From: Oikopleura dioica | Lineage: Eukaryota > Animalia > Chordata | Direction of reading: 5' to 3' | Assembly: GCA_907165135.1 (NCBI GenBank) | Contig: OU015569.1 | Coordinates: forward strand, 9,114,001 to 9,178,000 | DNA length: 64,000 nt | Part shown: piece after piece, positions 12,214-24,977 of the stretch | Position numbering within the stretch: position 1 is the first letter of the stretch | Layout of the letters: every line of letters starts with the position of its first letter | Made by a program: the position numbers and the translations under genes | The notes under the pieces: model-generated | Told to the model about the DNA's origin: nothing | The model's database searches: none | The model's input: the letters and a program-made list of their open reading frames with translations, nothing else

Positions 12214-12970
12214 TGCCTGTAACTTCTATTTCAAAGTGAACTAATCTTTCAAAAAATTCAACAACATTCTACGTATTCTAGAATCTAAACCATCAAAATG
12301 AAAATGATGATAAAACTGGTGGTAAATTGCATGGATTAAATCATCGAAGTAAATTTCGAAAGCGAAAACGTAAGCTTCGACGTGTTTTTCTCAGGTCACA
12401 TTTCCGAACAACGCTTGAAATCAATAAATTCCGATTAACGTTATTTTGAACGTGGGGGGTGCACTCCAAGTGCCCCTGTTCAAGCTGGAAAGTTTTCTAA
12501 GAAACAACGTAAGGTAACCAGATTTCGCGAGCAGCTTGTCACGCTGGAACGCGAGGGGCGTCATCTGAAGCTTATCACCTAATTGTCAGCCTAAGATCGT
12601 TTAAAAGTATTGTAATTCGAAGATTGGCCTCCGCGCGGCTTTTTGTTAATTATAGCACATGTCAAATCAGAGTACTTAATGAAGAGGAGAGAAGCAACAA
12701 ATTTCAATCAGAGAGTAGCTATCAATTTCTTGGAATCTTGGTAAGCCACAAACAGAAGAAACAAAAGAAAAACATTTATGGGCGTACCCACTTTTTTGTG
12801 TCTAACTAATCTCATCATGTATTGGACAAAGGGGCGGAGAAACTGTCTCATGAATCCTAAGCATTTCCGCCAGTATTAATTATGGAGGGAAATCAAAGAA
12901 GAGAAGTTCTGACTTGTTTCTAGATTCAGCTTTGGTCAATCATTTGCGTAGAGATTCACAATAAAGCTTT

Positions 12971-14410
12971 ATGTCCCACACGACACCTTTTATATACGAC
13001 TTTATCGCCGGTTATTTTGGTGGGCACGTAGGGATCGTTAGAAACTTCTTTTACAATAGCTGATTCCATTATGCAACAGTTTCGATCCCAATCCAAGTGT
13101 CTGTGGCGTTATCGTTGGACATCCGTTCGACACAGTTAAAATCCGACTACAAACGCGTGGTCATTTGTACAAATCGGGAAGGGTTTTTCAGTCCATCTTC
13201 TTTCTATAAAATGGCATTCACGATGAAAAACCAGATGATTGGGTGTTGATGCCTGCCGAGCAATTATAAAGAGCGAGGGCTCACGTGCACTTTTTAAAGG
13301 CGTTATTCCACCATGCGTCGGTGTTGGTGCCATCAACGCAATCATTTTCGGCGTCGAGGGCGAAGGTATGCGCTATCTTCAAGAGGAGACTCCCATCAAC
13401 CACATGATCGCAGGTATATTGTCAAAGTAAACCTTCCAAATACTGTGATTCAAGGGACAATTGCCGGCGGTGTTCAGTGTCTGGTTACTGGACCAATGGA
13501 ACTTGTAAAGACGCAAATGCAGGTGACTGGAATCGGGGACGCGTCTGTGAAGCCTTCCCTGTTGAATACAGCGCGCGAGATCTACAGAAACGACGGGCTT
13601 AAGTAATTAAAAAATATATGTCCTATAGCCGGATTTAAACCTTCCCGTCATCGTTGAATGGGCGGGATTATCAAAATTTCTTTTATTCCAAAGAAGAAGA
13701 GATAAAGGCCAAGTTAATTTCTATTGCTTAGAATCGCCTCTTATGAATAAATTGATGCGGGACTTTTATTGCTAAAATAAGTTCTGAGATTGTGTTTGCG
13801 TTTCTTGCATAAATTTATTCACGCCGATATCTCATTCAGCGAGATATCTATAAATATTTCATTTAATATGACTATGAATTTATAAACCCTTCTTTATGAA
13901 AATATTAAGAGGGTTCGGACGAGGTCTTGGGACAACATTGTGCCGCGAGCTTCCTGCCTTTGCCTGCTACTTCGGCAGTTACGACGCCCTCCTCAAAATC
14001 ACCAATTATAGCCCTTCAGATGACCATGCTACGGCAAAGGTACATTTCCAATCTCGTTATGACCCTCCCACGCTTCGCCTGGAGTAATCTTTTCGAGTAA
14101 TTCCTTCTGAATTTATTTAATATCAACCGTAAAAAATGAAGTTTAGATTCTCGTCTCTGGCGGTCTAGCTGGCGTTAACTCTTGGGTTCTGACGTATCCA
14201 GTTGACCAAGTCAAGTCCAAGTTACAGGCCGATCAAACAAACCGTTTCTCCGGGCCAAGTGACTGCATAAAACAGACGATGCTAGAAGAAGGCATCCGTG
14301 GTTTTTATCGAGGAATTTCTACCGCAGTAGTGCGCGCCTTCGTCGTCAATGCGGCTACCTTCGGCGGCGTTAACTACATGATGAACATTTTGCTGAGCCA
14401 AACGTCTTGA
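12971..14410 (+). CDS. Mitochondrial carrier (SLC25), basic amino acid/carnitine carrier subgroup (SLC25A29/45/48-like)
   Basis: Three carrier repeats with the PX[DE]XX[KR] signature: GHPFDTVKIRLQ, GPMELVKTQMQ, YPVDQVKSKLQ. Also RELPAFACYFGSY and AVVRAFVVNAATF. Confidence 0.9.
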
Positions 14411-14879
14411 CCTTTTGATCCTGTACACTCGTTGCCTGTATATCTCGATTATGTAAATACAGTATTTTATCTAGTATAAAGGAAGACATCAAGAATCACG
14501 ATTTGAGAGCAGATTTTTCCTCCACAAACGTATAATCGTACCTTTATTTCATTTCAAGCCTAAAAACTCAAATTATTTCTTTTTATTTAGAAACTATCAT
14601 TTGAGTTATTTTAATTTACATTTTCATATAACCCTTTTGGTACTAGAAACTGCATATTTATAGCTAAAAACATCGAGAAATCTGGAGCATAAAAAATAAG
14701 GGGTCAAGGCCTGTGCTAAGTTTGGGAGAAAAGTCTACTACGATTATTGATTTTTCACAGATCTACTACTTAAAAATTATGACATATTATATGTGTACCA
14801 CAAAAAGTGGCGGCATTAGTAAAGTGATTCGAGAGCAAGGCCTTCTTTTCGTTGCATAATATCTTGGTCAGTTTATTAC

Positions 14880-16179
14880 AAGGACTGTGCCAAAGTCCGC
14901 CTCCACTTGCAGAGAGTGCACGCATGCGCCCTCGCGTGACGGTGTTCTAATCGCTGAACATACGCTAATGGTATCGAAAAAAGGAAAAAGACAGTTCTTT
15001 CTAATTTACTGACGCTGAAGTGAAACTCCCTGCCTTTGACATCATAAAAGAGTTCCTTTATCAAGATTACATTTTTTTTTCTAAAACGCTTTAACAAGCA
15101 AGAGTTAAATTCGAGAAGAGACTTCTTCAAGAGACAACCGAATGGACTTATGGTTGACTAAAAGAAGAAAAACTTATAGAGATTAAATCCAGAGCTGCTC
15201 TACTTGTACGATCACGTGGAACTAGACGGGCCGCCGATCTAGAGAGAAAAAGTTTTCAAAGGGGCTCTTGACAAATTCAAGGTACTGTTGCTAGAAAAAC
15301 ACTTTTGTCGATATATAGTGTGCAGGCATGATATTTTTAGTAATAGGATTATATGCGCAGTGGTTTCAAGGGGACTCTTAAATGGTAGTTCACCGATGCG
15401 TATTGATTTTCGAAGTTAGCAACTCGCCATAGGTTGAAATACATTTCTCACTAACTGGAGCGGGTCCAGTTTCGGACAGCGGTTTCGTTGAAAATATGCC
15501 GCTCATTCACTTTGTTATGACTAGAGTTAAGGAACATGGAAGCCATGCTCAGTTGCAATGAAAAATAGACTCAGTAAGCAACCCGAATTGTTGGAAAGTA
15601 ATAATAGTTACAGGCAAGGGAGAACAAGACTGTTTAGACGGAGTATTTCAAGTCCCCGTGGAATGGCCCAAAGTGGCGGCCAATTTAGAAACGAAGAGTT
15701 CCGCGTTCGTTCCCGTCCAAATCGAGCCGGAAATGGCGACCGTCAAATTCCAAACAGGTGGATCCCATCAAATTGATAGTAATGGACGTTCTGGCTATAG
15801 ACCTCAATTCCTGCCGGACAGGGTGCCCGATCTCACAAAAGATATTGCCGACGTCGTCTGTGGCCTTGATACTGACGGAGTTCTTATTGGTCTGGCGGGA
15901 ATAAAAAGCCTCCTCGTCGTTCCACTTCTTGTACTAGGTGTTGTCATCATAAGGTAAGGTCACGACCACGTGTCATTTAGCATCAGTGTCCATATTCATA
16001 TGTCACTCGCCCGTATAAGGACAGATACAGCTATCAAGCGGGCACAAATCGGGTTATACTGGAGCGCAAGTTATAACATTTACTCCCTATCGTATGAGCC
16101 CAAAGAACATAGGATCAACCGAAACTATCCGTTCCTCGGCAGCGCTTCGGCCTCTGAGTTTCATTTTTCGAAAGAATAA
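14880..16179 (+). CDS. Hypothetical multi-exon single-pass membrane protein
   Basis: Open exon ~15570-15953 ending in a hydrophobic stretch (VLIGLAGIKSLLVVPLLVLGVVII), spliced GT-AG in frame to a terminal exon ending at 16179. Upstream exons are tentative. Confidence 0.4.
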
Positions 16180-16565
16180 CTTTGTGCCATAAATATTTAA
16201 TATCCCGCTTTTTCTACATATTTTGGATAAAAATCGAAAATGGCACTGCATGTTTTTTAGTAAATCGATTTCAATTTTCTAACAGTTATCAAATTTCAGT
16301 TTTTTCTAACTAATCCTGTTGTTTTACATAATGATTTATGACTTCGAGTTTCAATTCGGAGTCCAAATTTTTGATTTTTCTTCCGTTGAAATATAATAAG
16401 GGTATCGCTTTGTGAATTTTTCTAATAAAAAACCTCCCATTGCTGATGTCTAATCACTTAATGATGATTGTTGAGGACATAATTAGTAACCGATCGATAC
16501 TTAGTCTTAGAATTCAGGAAGATGAATTACCAAATAGGCTTTAATTTTAGCTATATCACTTCTAA

Positions 16566-19500
16566 ATGTTTAATAGCCAAGATCAATCCATCGAAGACGG
16601 CTCGGGTATGAGTTCAACTGCGGACTCCTCGTCTGAACCTTCGTCCAATCTTAGAAGGTACCTCGGCATTTTTTTCTCAAAAAATCAGCGCATTCAGTTA
16701 CGTTGTTTCGTTCATTTCTGGCCTTACGATGGCAGTCTCGGCTGCCGTTGACTTTATTTTATTTCGACAACGTGACTCGTCCAGAATACTTGCATACACT
16801 TCATCCTCAGGTATGTCCGCAGTATATTGCCTCGTTATTTGTCAATATCGCTTGTGAGTAGACACAATATGCTCAATAAATTAGCGCTTCTAATAATTGC
16901 TCTGTCGTCTTATAATATCTAGCTATGTTTGAGCAGACTGGGCGAAGAGTCTCAGCTACTCTGGCCCTCATTGCAGGCGTAACGATGATCTCCTCGTAGA
17001 TCTTGCCGCCATCAACCTAATTGGTGCACCTTGTTCAATTAAGTCTGCCTCTGTTCCATTTTAATTTTTAATATCGATCAGAACTGTCTTTTAACGGGAA
17101 ATTTCGTGAATACGAGTTATTTCTTCTGTCGAGACAGAGTCGCTCTGGCCTAGCAGCAGGTAGAAATGGCGACATATTAATTTCGTGCGTGTATATTTAA
17201 CCATGCAAAGTAAAAGTCGATTTCGCCTAGCGCAAAGTCGTACATAAATGTATCGAGTAAAAACTTCTTTCAGCGTTCACCTTTGTGGCCGATATTATTT
17301 GCATTGATTATGTTCGAACTGTTATTACATCTGCGAAAGACGACACGCAGAAGCCACTTTACATCACTTGTATGACGATCACCATTCTTGGAGCAGTTCT
17401 TGCCGTGGTAAGCGAGCTTAGTACTCAACCAACACTCTCCTGTTGATAAAATAGCTACAGTATCAGTTCGATTAATTTTTAAATCTAATTGTTAATGTTT
17501 AATTTGAAATTCAAGGACGTTACCGTTGCTTTTCTAAAATGGCGGAGATAAAAAATGCATTCCGAATATTTTAACTTTTAAACACTAACGCCGCGCGTGG
17601 CTGGGGACGCCCAAATACTGACAGATGAATTTTTGATTTTCTTCGTCCGCTGTCGAAAAACTACCTAGCTCTGTCACCTCAAAAATTAAGATCACCACTC
17701 GCTTTGATACATCGATTGACATAGGAAATAACTCCACGAATTTGCAAAGACCGGGAGCGTGGGTCCAGCTCGAACAAGGGCTAATGCTGATCAATCACTG
17801 CCTTTGAATTCCAGAACGGGAACGTCACAGTATCTCATGCGCTTATTCGCAACCAGTTCAGATAATCGCGTGGCATTTGGCCGCCAAATCAAAAATAAAT
17901 CCCAGTTTCAATTAAACCGAAATTAATTAGAAACCTCACTACTTGAGAGTAATCGCATATGAGCTCTCCGCGAATTTTGGCGTAATTAGCTACACATCGT
18001 TGATTGCGCACGTAAATGAAACTATCTCTCAAAATGAAGATAGAAGTCAGTTCCAGATTTATTTCCTTTTAATCATGAGTCGTATATTCTGTTGATGAAA
18101 GTTTCAAAATGAGATTCAGGTTTCAATGTATGTTGGCGCTAGAATGGCAGCCTTAGAGGAGAAACGACTGATGACCGAAAGAGGAGGTGAACTACGAGGA
18201 AATCATACTTGAAATTTAATAATTCATTTAAAGGTCGACTGGCTGTCCTCAAAAAGAAACGTGAAATTATCGCCATGAAGAAACTCAGCAGGCTAATGCA
18301 AGATCAACGATTCGGGTGACTTTTCGAGGGGCTCGGATGGAGTCTCAATAAATTCGTTTTATAGTGATCACGTTGGCCAGGATCCAGAAGGATTGCCTGT
18401 TTCTCTTCATGGCGAGGACGATGGTCAAGATAGGGAAGGCAACCATTTCCAGGGAAAGTGTCAAGATAGTATATGCGCCTTTACATCATTAATGACTTGC
18501 TCTTATATTCAAGATTGCAAGAAGCGCTTCCTATCTCGACACCGATCGCTAGAGTGGTCATGACTCAAGGGCAAAGAAATCCGACATACCTTGGGGTGGA
18601 TGAGGACCTCTCTCGTTCTGTATAACACAAGCCTTACTCTTTCACCAATCGACCCTGATCCGACAGTCTAACCCAGCAAACGCGCCATACACTGTTTCTT
18701 ACACATTCGACATTGTGTAAGGAGCAAAGTCTTTTGATTAAATTGTTTTCTTAAAAATGAATAACCTGCCTTGAAACCCTATGAGCTATTATCCAGCAGA
18801 TAAAAAAAACCTTCACCGGACTAAAACCTGCTGATACTCTTGATACCCCTAGTTCGGACAACGCGGAAGGGAGCAAAACCGTTACAGATCAAAACTGAAT
18901 GGGCTCAACGGTAATGAGCTCGTGAGATCCCCGTCGTGTTGTTATATTACAGTATATTACGGTTGCCTTGTCCACTTCTGGTGCATTCTGTAACTCATGT
19001 AAAATACCTGCGTGTCTGCACAATATCTAACTTATTCTCTGACAAAACAACGCGGATAAATTGCGATCCTCAGCATGTCAATAAATCCAAAACTCACAAG
19101 GTAAAATAAAATTCTTTGGACTTGCTTTGATTTCAAATAATCAGATTTTATTCTGTTCAAAATAAAGAGTTAAAATTCTATATCAGGTCGTAAGCTTGTG
19201 TTCCAGAGCGCTCTTCGCTAGCGTAAATGTGAATAGCGTGTTTCACAAATGTTGACTTGCTCTTTCTTTGATAGATCGAGTAAGTGGGGGGAACACCCGT
19301 TTGGATGCTCCTTCGCCGACTCTCTCCGCTTCTGCGGCTCTCGTCATGACGCCATCGAGTTACACCCGACGACGACGCGACTTGTTGACTCCCTCGCCAG
19401 GCGGGGCGTTGCGCAAAATCTCAGTTACATTTTCTAAAACAATAAATTTTGAATATAAGTTTGATAGTAATTATATGAAGAGTTAAAATTCTATATCAGA

Positions 19501-19920
19501 TAAATTGTATGCAGAATTTTTCGTTGAATTCAGGGAAAGAAGAAAAGACTTTTGTCTTCTCTCTCTGCTCTTCTTGAAGCCTGAGCCAGGCGTCGAAAAG
19601 TTCTCCTCCTTCTGTTGCATATTGTTCGTTCTCTCCCTGTATAGGAGCGTATCTTCGCAGTGGACGCCATCTCCAGGCGTTAAAATTCTATATCAGAGTA
19701 TCTAATACTCTGAAACGATATTGGCAATGTTGCTGCCATGATCGCTCCATTTCCCAAACGTAGGAACGACCTTTCTCATACTAGAAAAGAATTATTAGTT
19801 TTTGGCGCAAAAAAGGTCATTCGAAAGAAAGATGAGCGCTACGAGCCTTCCCGGCATCGTGAAAAAGATAATTGCTCGCAGGGGAGCAGCAATAGAGGGT
19901 TCTCTTAGCGGGAAGGAATA
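16566..19920 (+). CDS. Hypothetical multi-exon protein with N-terminal hydrophobic segments and Ser/Pro-rich C-terminal part (may be more than one gene)
   Basis: ATG 16566 is followed by a GT donor and the exons SYVVSFISGLTMAVSAAVDFILF and AFTFVADIICIDYVRTVITSAK. Later exons encode TPSPG twice with synonymous codon differences. The full structure was not resolved. Confidence 0.35.
19169..19696. repeat. Three exact dispersed copies of the 18-mer gttaaaattctatatcag
   Basis: Copies at 19169-19186, 19482-19499 and 19679-19696, all in the same orientation, with unrelated sequence between them. Confidence 0.9.
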
Positions 19921-20093
19921 GTGGTCCTTCTAATCATCCGCGCCCGACGGCTAGGCCAGGATTGTCATTGCCGCTAAAGCAGTACCGCTAGATGGTGATA
20001 TATCGCCATCTGGAAATAAGTTTTTACTGTCAGATGCACTTGGCAGTTTCAAAGTTTTTCGGATAGTGGGACACGCATTCACGGAGGAGTAGC

Positions 20094-21253
20094 TTATTTC
20101 TTTGGCGGAGGTCGGTATATCCCGACAACGACGGCATGGTCTCGCTCGTAGGGCTCAAGAGTCAACTGCTCTTGAGGCTTCATTTTTTCGGCTTTCATCT
20201 TTTTTACCTTTAAAAATATTAGTGACAAAGGTTAGAAATTCAAGACTCTACCTCAGATGCGAAGACAGCTTCAGGCTTGGCGGTGGAGTCAATGCACGAT
20301 GCCTTGATGGAGATAACGAAATGCCCGCCTGTCTTCAGGAAGTGATGCGAATTGAGAGCGACGATGCGGGTCTGATCGGGCTGGGCAACATCCGCGAAGA
20401 CGCAGTCAACCATTCCAACGAGCATTCTGTACTTATGAGGGTGGCGAGCATCTTCAATGATGGGCACTATGTTGGTTCGTTTCTTCGCAACGTTGAGTAG
20501 ATCTCGACCAGAGCGGTGAGAAAATTCGACCGCGTATACGAGCCCTTCTGGTCCTACGATGTCAGAGACGTGAGAAACCGTTGTTCCAGAGGCTGCCCCG
20601 AGGTACAGAACCTAAACGGTAACTAGACAGAAGTCGATTTGAATTAACTCTTACCCGTTTGCCAGGAGCAATGTGGATTTTTTCGACCCCGCCAAGAATA
20701 GCGGCTGCCAGCTTCGATCTGAAAGGATTCCACGATCTGTACTCTACTTTCTGGATTGGGTTCGCTGATCCCTCTGGCGCTGGAAGTTCCACCTAAAACA
20801 CATTATTATCACAACTTGGGTAACAAAGATTTACCTCAATTTTCTTCTCTCCATAGACAGTGTCTCCTGGAACGAGGTTTTTGGTGACAAGGACATCTTC
20901 CTTCCCTTTAGCGATGAAGACACCACCGTGTCGATGAGGCTCGACAATGACCTTGGCACCGGGACCTCTTGCACCGCCACGGCCACCCCCTCGTGCTCCG
21001 CCGCGTCCTCGGCCTCTTCCACGGGGAGTGCCGCCTCCGCGACCACGGCCACCACCTCGACCTCCTAAATTGCTAAGTTTTACTACCAGATTACTCTGCA
21101 TATCGTACTCATACTTTAATTTTAATTCGATATTAACTTTCTGATTAATTGAGAGCGATGGTAGAAAATGAATATTTTACCTCGTCCGCCTCGCCCAGGG
21201 GATTTGAATCCTCCGCCGCGTCCTCCACGCGCGCTGAATGCTAGTCGAGCCAT
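20094..21253 (-). CDS. FBL: Fibrillarin (rRNA 2'-O-methyltransferase)
   Basis: N-terminal RGG/GAR domain, [79 protein letters not shown]. Confidence 0.97.
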
Positions 21254-21654
21254 TGTTGTCTTCTCAAAGATTTATCGTCTTTGTCTCTTTCCGGCTGGGT
21301 GAGTTTCTACTCGATAACTGATTCTCAAATTTGACGGAAATGAAGAGGAAAGCTGGATCGTAAAACGTGGTCCAACGCGGCCAATCAGCGCACGGCTCGG
21401 CCAATGATGACTCATCAAGCGCCAAATTTAAATTTTTGATGAAGGGAGAGGCCGAGCAGCTCCCGAAATGACTCTCAAAAGTAGTCTCAAACAACTGAAA
21501 GTCTTAGGTAACACAGAGAGATGATAGAAGTGCATAGCCGAGCTAAAAATAATTGTCAGACATATTTTTGACCAGCAAAATGATCATGATTTCTACTCGT
21601 AATCAAACAGTCCGTAGAATAAATATTTATCTGGTTTTCTTTTTATCAAGCGTC

Positions 21655-23243
21655 ATGAGCAAAAATATGATTGCTTTTTGTTCGAGACTCTCTGACAAAG
21701 AAAAGTACTGGCGTTATTTTTTCGATGAGATCTTCTTGTAAAGAAAATTTGATGCTTCTCGGTATTAGTTTTATTTCTTTCGCTTGGAAATGATATTTCT
21801 TGTAAACAGTAGTTAAGCGCTGACCGGACTCAAGATCTGTCTTTCGGTTATATTCTTCGTCGACCTGGTTTCTGATATTCTCGTTGTCAAGTTTTTCTTT
21901 TCTGAGCGAAAATGCGATCCAAATTATGTCCCTCCAAATCAGAAAGAAGCAGCCGATCTATTTCCAAACGAAACCCGACTTGCGATGGGAATCGGGTTAG
22001 AATGGATGGAAACAGAAGCTCGAGACCCGGATGAGATTAAAATAAATTACACTCTCTATGGCATCTTGTACTTGATTTTTTTCGTGGCATCGCATTTTGC
22101 CCAGGCGATTTTCAGGTGAGACTAGAACATTCAACCTTGATACAAATAAAAACATTTTAGCTGCAAAAGATGGTCTGAGTGGACGGTCAACGGCGAATGT
22201 GAACCAAACACCTTGACGTGTCATCTTAAAGTTGCTCATGTTTTTCTCCTTCACATGATCCACAGATACTTCAAAGAGCTGCATTTCTTCTTTCGGCTAC
22301 AAAAAGCTAAAATCAAAGGCAAAACAGAAGTAATAACACGATTCTGGAACGACTATGTGAATCTGGTGCACGACAATCACTTTCTGATTATCATTGAAAA
22401 GGGAATCGAAGCTACGCCTCAGGTCGTTCTTCTTCTCTACGTTTACGTCCTTGAGCGCTGCCGGAATTGTTCGGAGGATCTGTGAGTCTAAGAGCGACAA
22501 AATTTACATTCATTTTAAAATTCAGACTCGCAGTTGATGTGCCCATCTTCGGCAAAGTCGACATTATCTACAAAATCGCCTTTTCCTTTCTATGTGTTGT
22601 TCTGCCACTGGCGTTGTCTGTTTCCGACGAACAACTGAGGCCAAATGATCTCCGCTCAGAATGGTCTGCCAAGAAGAAGTATCTCTGTTCAGCGCCTATT
22701 TACGCTCTATGGATTGTCACTTTCACCGGTGTGCGAATCATCTGTCTCGCTGGAATGTTCATAATGCACCCTGTCTTCTCACTCGTCTGGTTACTTACAA
22801 GAGTGGTTATCCTTTCAGTGTTGACGAAGAAAGCGGTCTGTTCTTTAGGTCGTACTATCCTCACGAACCTTGTTTGGATGACGATTTGGTTCGAACCGAT
22901 TGGCGCGCGAGAAATTAACCGACCCGAGTATGAAAAAAGATACCAGCAACAAGACCTTCTTTATTTCAATTACGTTGCTGGAACTATCGAGCTTCTGATT
23001 TCGTGCGCAGTCTTTTACTTTCAAGGCAACGCCTGCTTAGCCATTGTCGTGAACTGGTTCAGATGGACAAACTTGGGATTTGTCGTCGCTCTTCTCGTCG
23101 CCCACTTAGTTTCGATAGCGGCTGCATTTATCTTTCATAGATACATTAACAAAAAGAGTTCTCAAGCAAAGCTTGACGAGGAAATTGCTTTGGAAAAGGC
23201 GAGAGCGCAACAGTCGCAAGAACAAGCAGTACTGATTGCTTGA
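21655..23243 (+). CDS. XK-related multi-pass membrane protein (XKR scramblase family)
   Basis: FFVDLVSDILVVKFF (TM1 D..SD motif), LLHMIHRY and EKGIEATPQVVLLLY (compare XK ES.PQL.LQ), followed by several hydrophobic segments. Confidence 0.75.
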
Positions 23244-23418
23244 TTCCTTTCTAGAATGCATTTATATTTACTCTCTAACAGTTCTATCAATCTCTTCAAG
23301 ATTTCATTGTGCCTAATCAAAGTTGCTTACATTCCTATTACTGATATTCTGTAAAAATCCATTCAACGCTTCTTCTTAAACCGAGTCTGCATATTTTTGA
23401 ATTCAGAGACAAAGAAAA

Positions 23419-23960
23419 ATGGCCGCTCCCAAAATGGTTGATATCCGGCAGTTGAATCCACAGCAACTGTCAGAAGTAAACCAGCGACTGGAGACAGAAA
23501 TCTCTGTCCTGAACAATTGCCACGCCGAGCTTGTTGGAGGTGAATTACTGTCTGATTCTTTATTTCTATTTAAATATCTCAGTCAAAAAGAAGTTCATCA
23601 CTTCCCGTGAAGCCGTTTCGGAGCTCGAGGGATGCGAAGGCGCCGATGTGATGGTCCCATTGACTGGCTCCCTCTACGTCCGCGGAAAATTTGCGGAGGA
23701 AACGCAATGTAAGCGCATGCGTCGAAAAAGTGACCTAATTTTAACGCGATTTAGTGATCGTCGACATCGGAACGCAATTTTACGTGGAGAAAACGCCCAA
23801 GGAAGCGATTGAATTCTTCGACAGAAAGATCAAATATGTTGAAGAGAACATGGAGAAGATCATGCCACAGATGATGCAGAAGAACCAGTCACGCAACTTG
23901 GTCGAATCGGAGATCGTTCAAAAGATGAAGGCAGCCAAGCTCGCCAAACCTTCCAAATAA
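23419..23960 (+). CDS. PFDN5: Prefoldin subunit 5 (alpha type)
   Basis: QLNPQQL...QRLETEI, VMVPLTGSLYVRGK, LIVDIGTQFYVEK...A.EFFDRKI. Two GT-AG introns. Confidence 0.92.
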
Positions 23961-24234
23961 AACGCCGATGCCAATTTAACTACAAAATTTTTAGATTTTT
24001 ATTTTACTGTGTTTCCCGTATAGCTTCAATTTTGAAATTCCCGTGATTACGGTCCAGAAAATGGAGTCCCGAAAGGGCTCTCGAGATAACCAACTCCACC
24101 ACTACAATGCCTCCCCGCATCTAGGTCACTAGAGTGATGTTACACTGTGCAACTACTTGCGACATATATATTTTATTGTTTATTCACATCCGCATTCCAA
24201 ATAAATTCAGCAATGAATTCGTAAAGCGACTGAT

Positions 24235-24955
24235 CAGGGTCTCGAAAATTTGGACGTGCGGTGGATGTGCAAGCACGCCCTCTCGCCTTGCACTTCCGCG
24301 CGGTGGTCGTGGACTCGCTTCCACGCCCGAGGCTGGAAGTGCAAACGCGCTAGGGGGAAAGTGAGTAGCCCGCCCCACAGAAAACCTTGAAACGAACCAA
24401 AAAAAGTTCGTTCTCAACCCGGAAGCCCTTTTTTGTCGATTTCGGGGTATTATCGCCTACCTACCGGAACAACCTGAAATTGAATAAACATAGATTGAAC
24501 TCACTTAACTAGTCCTTTCCTTTCATAATGGCGTTTGCAACGTCAATAATATTTGCGATTTTATGATTACAGGACTGTGAGGTTATAAATCATCTGGCCA
24601 AAATGAAATGATTAGAATTTTTATTTGCGAAATTGGTCGAAAAAAGGTTTTTCCTGAGAGTACCTGACTGGGTGAAAAACCCTGACCTGAGTTCCTGAGT
24701 AAAAATCGAGAAAAATTTTCCGAACCCTGTACTCAGGTTGCCGAGCCCGGGCACATTCGAAAAGGCGCGTCACTCCGGGTGTGCACTTCCAGCCCCAAGC
24801 GCGCACTTCCAATCGCGGGCGTGGCACGACCAGCGCCGGGAGTGGCTCCACGACCAGCTCGCGGTTTTTTTAAACACGCACTTCCAGCGCGCAGAAGTGG
24901 AGCGCTCGAGAGCGCGTTTCCACACCCACCGCACTTCCAATTTTTCGAGACCCTG
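24235..24955. mobile_element. Non-autonomous hAT-type DNA transposon (721 bp)
   Basis: About 35-bp imperfect TIRs starting CAGGGTCTCGAAAA, a perfect 8-bp TSD cgactgat (24227-24234 and 24956-24963), and repeated subterminal GCACTTCC motifs. No transposase ORF. Confidence 0.9.
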
Positions 24956-24977
24956 CGACTGATGAGTTCTGTAGACT

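Noticed and set aside
19169-19696. 18-mer repeats read as a CRISPR array or snoRNA cluster
   Set aside because: The context is eukaryotic, the spacers are long and unequal, there are no cas genes, and no box C partner was found.
20831-21144. Pro-rich and Ala/Val-rich ORFs in the track
   Set aside because: They are alternative-frame and antisense shadows of the fibrillarin RGG exon.
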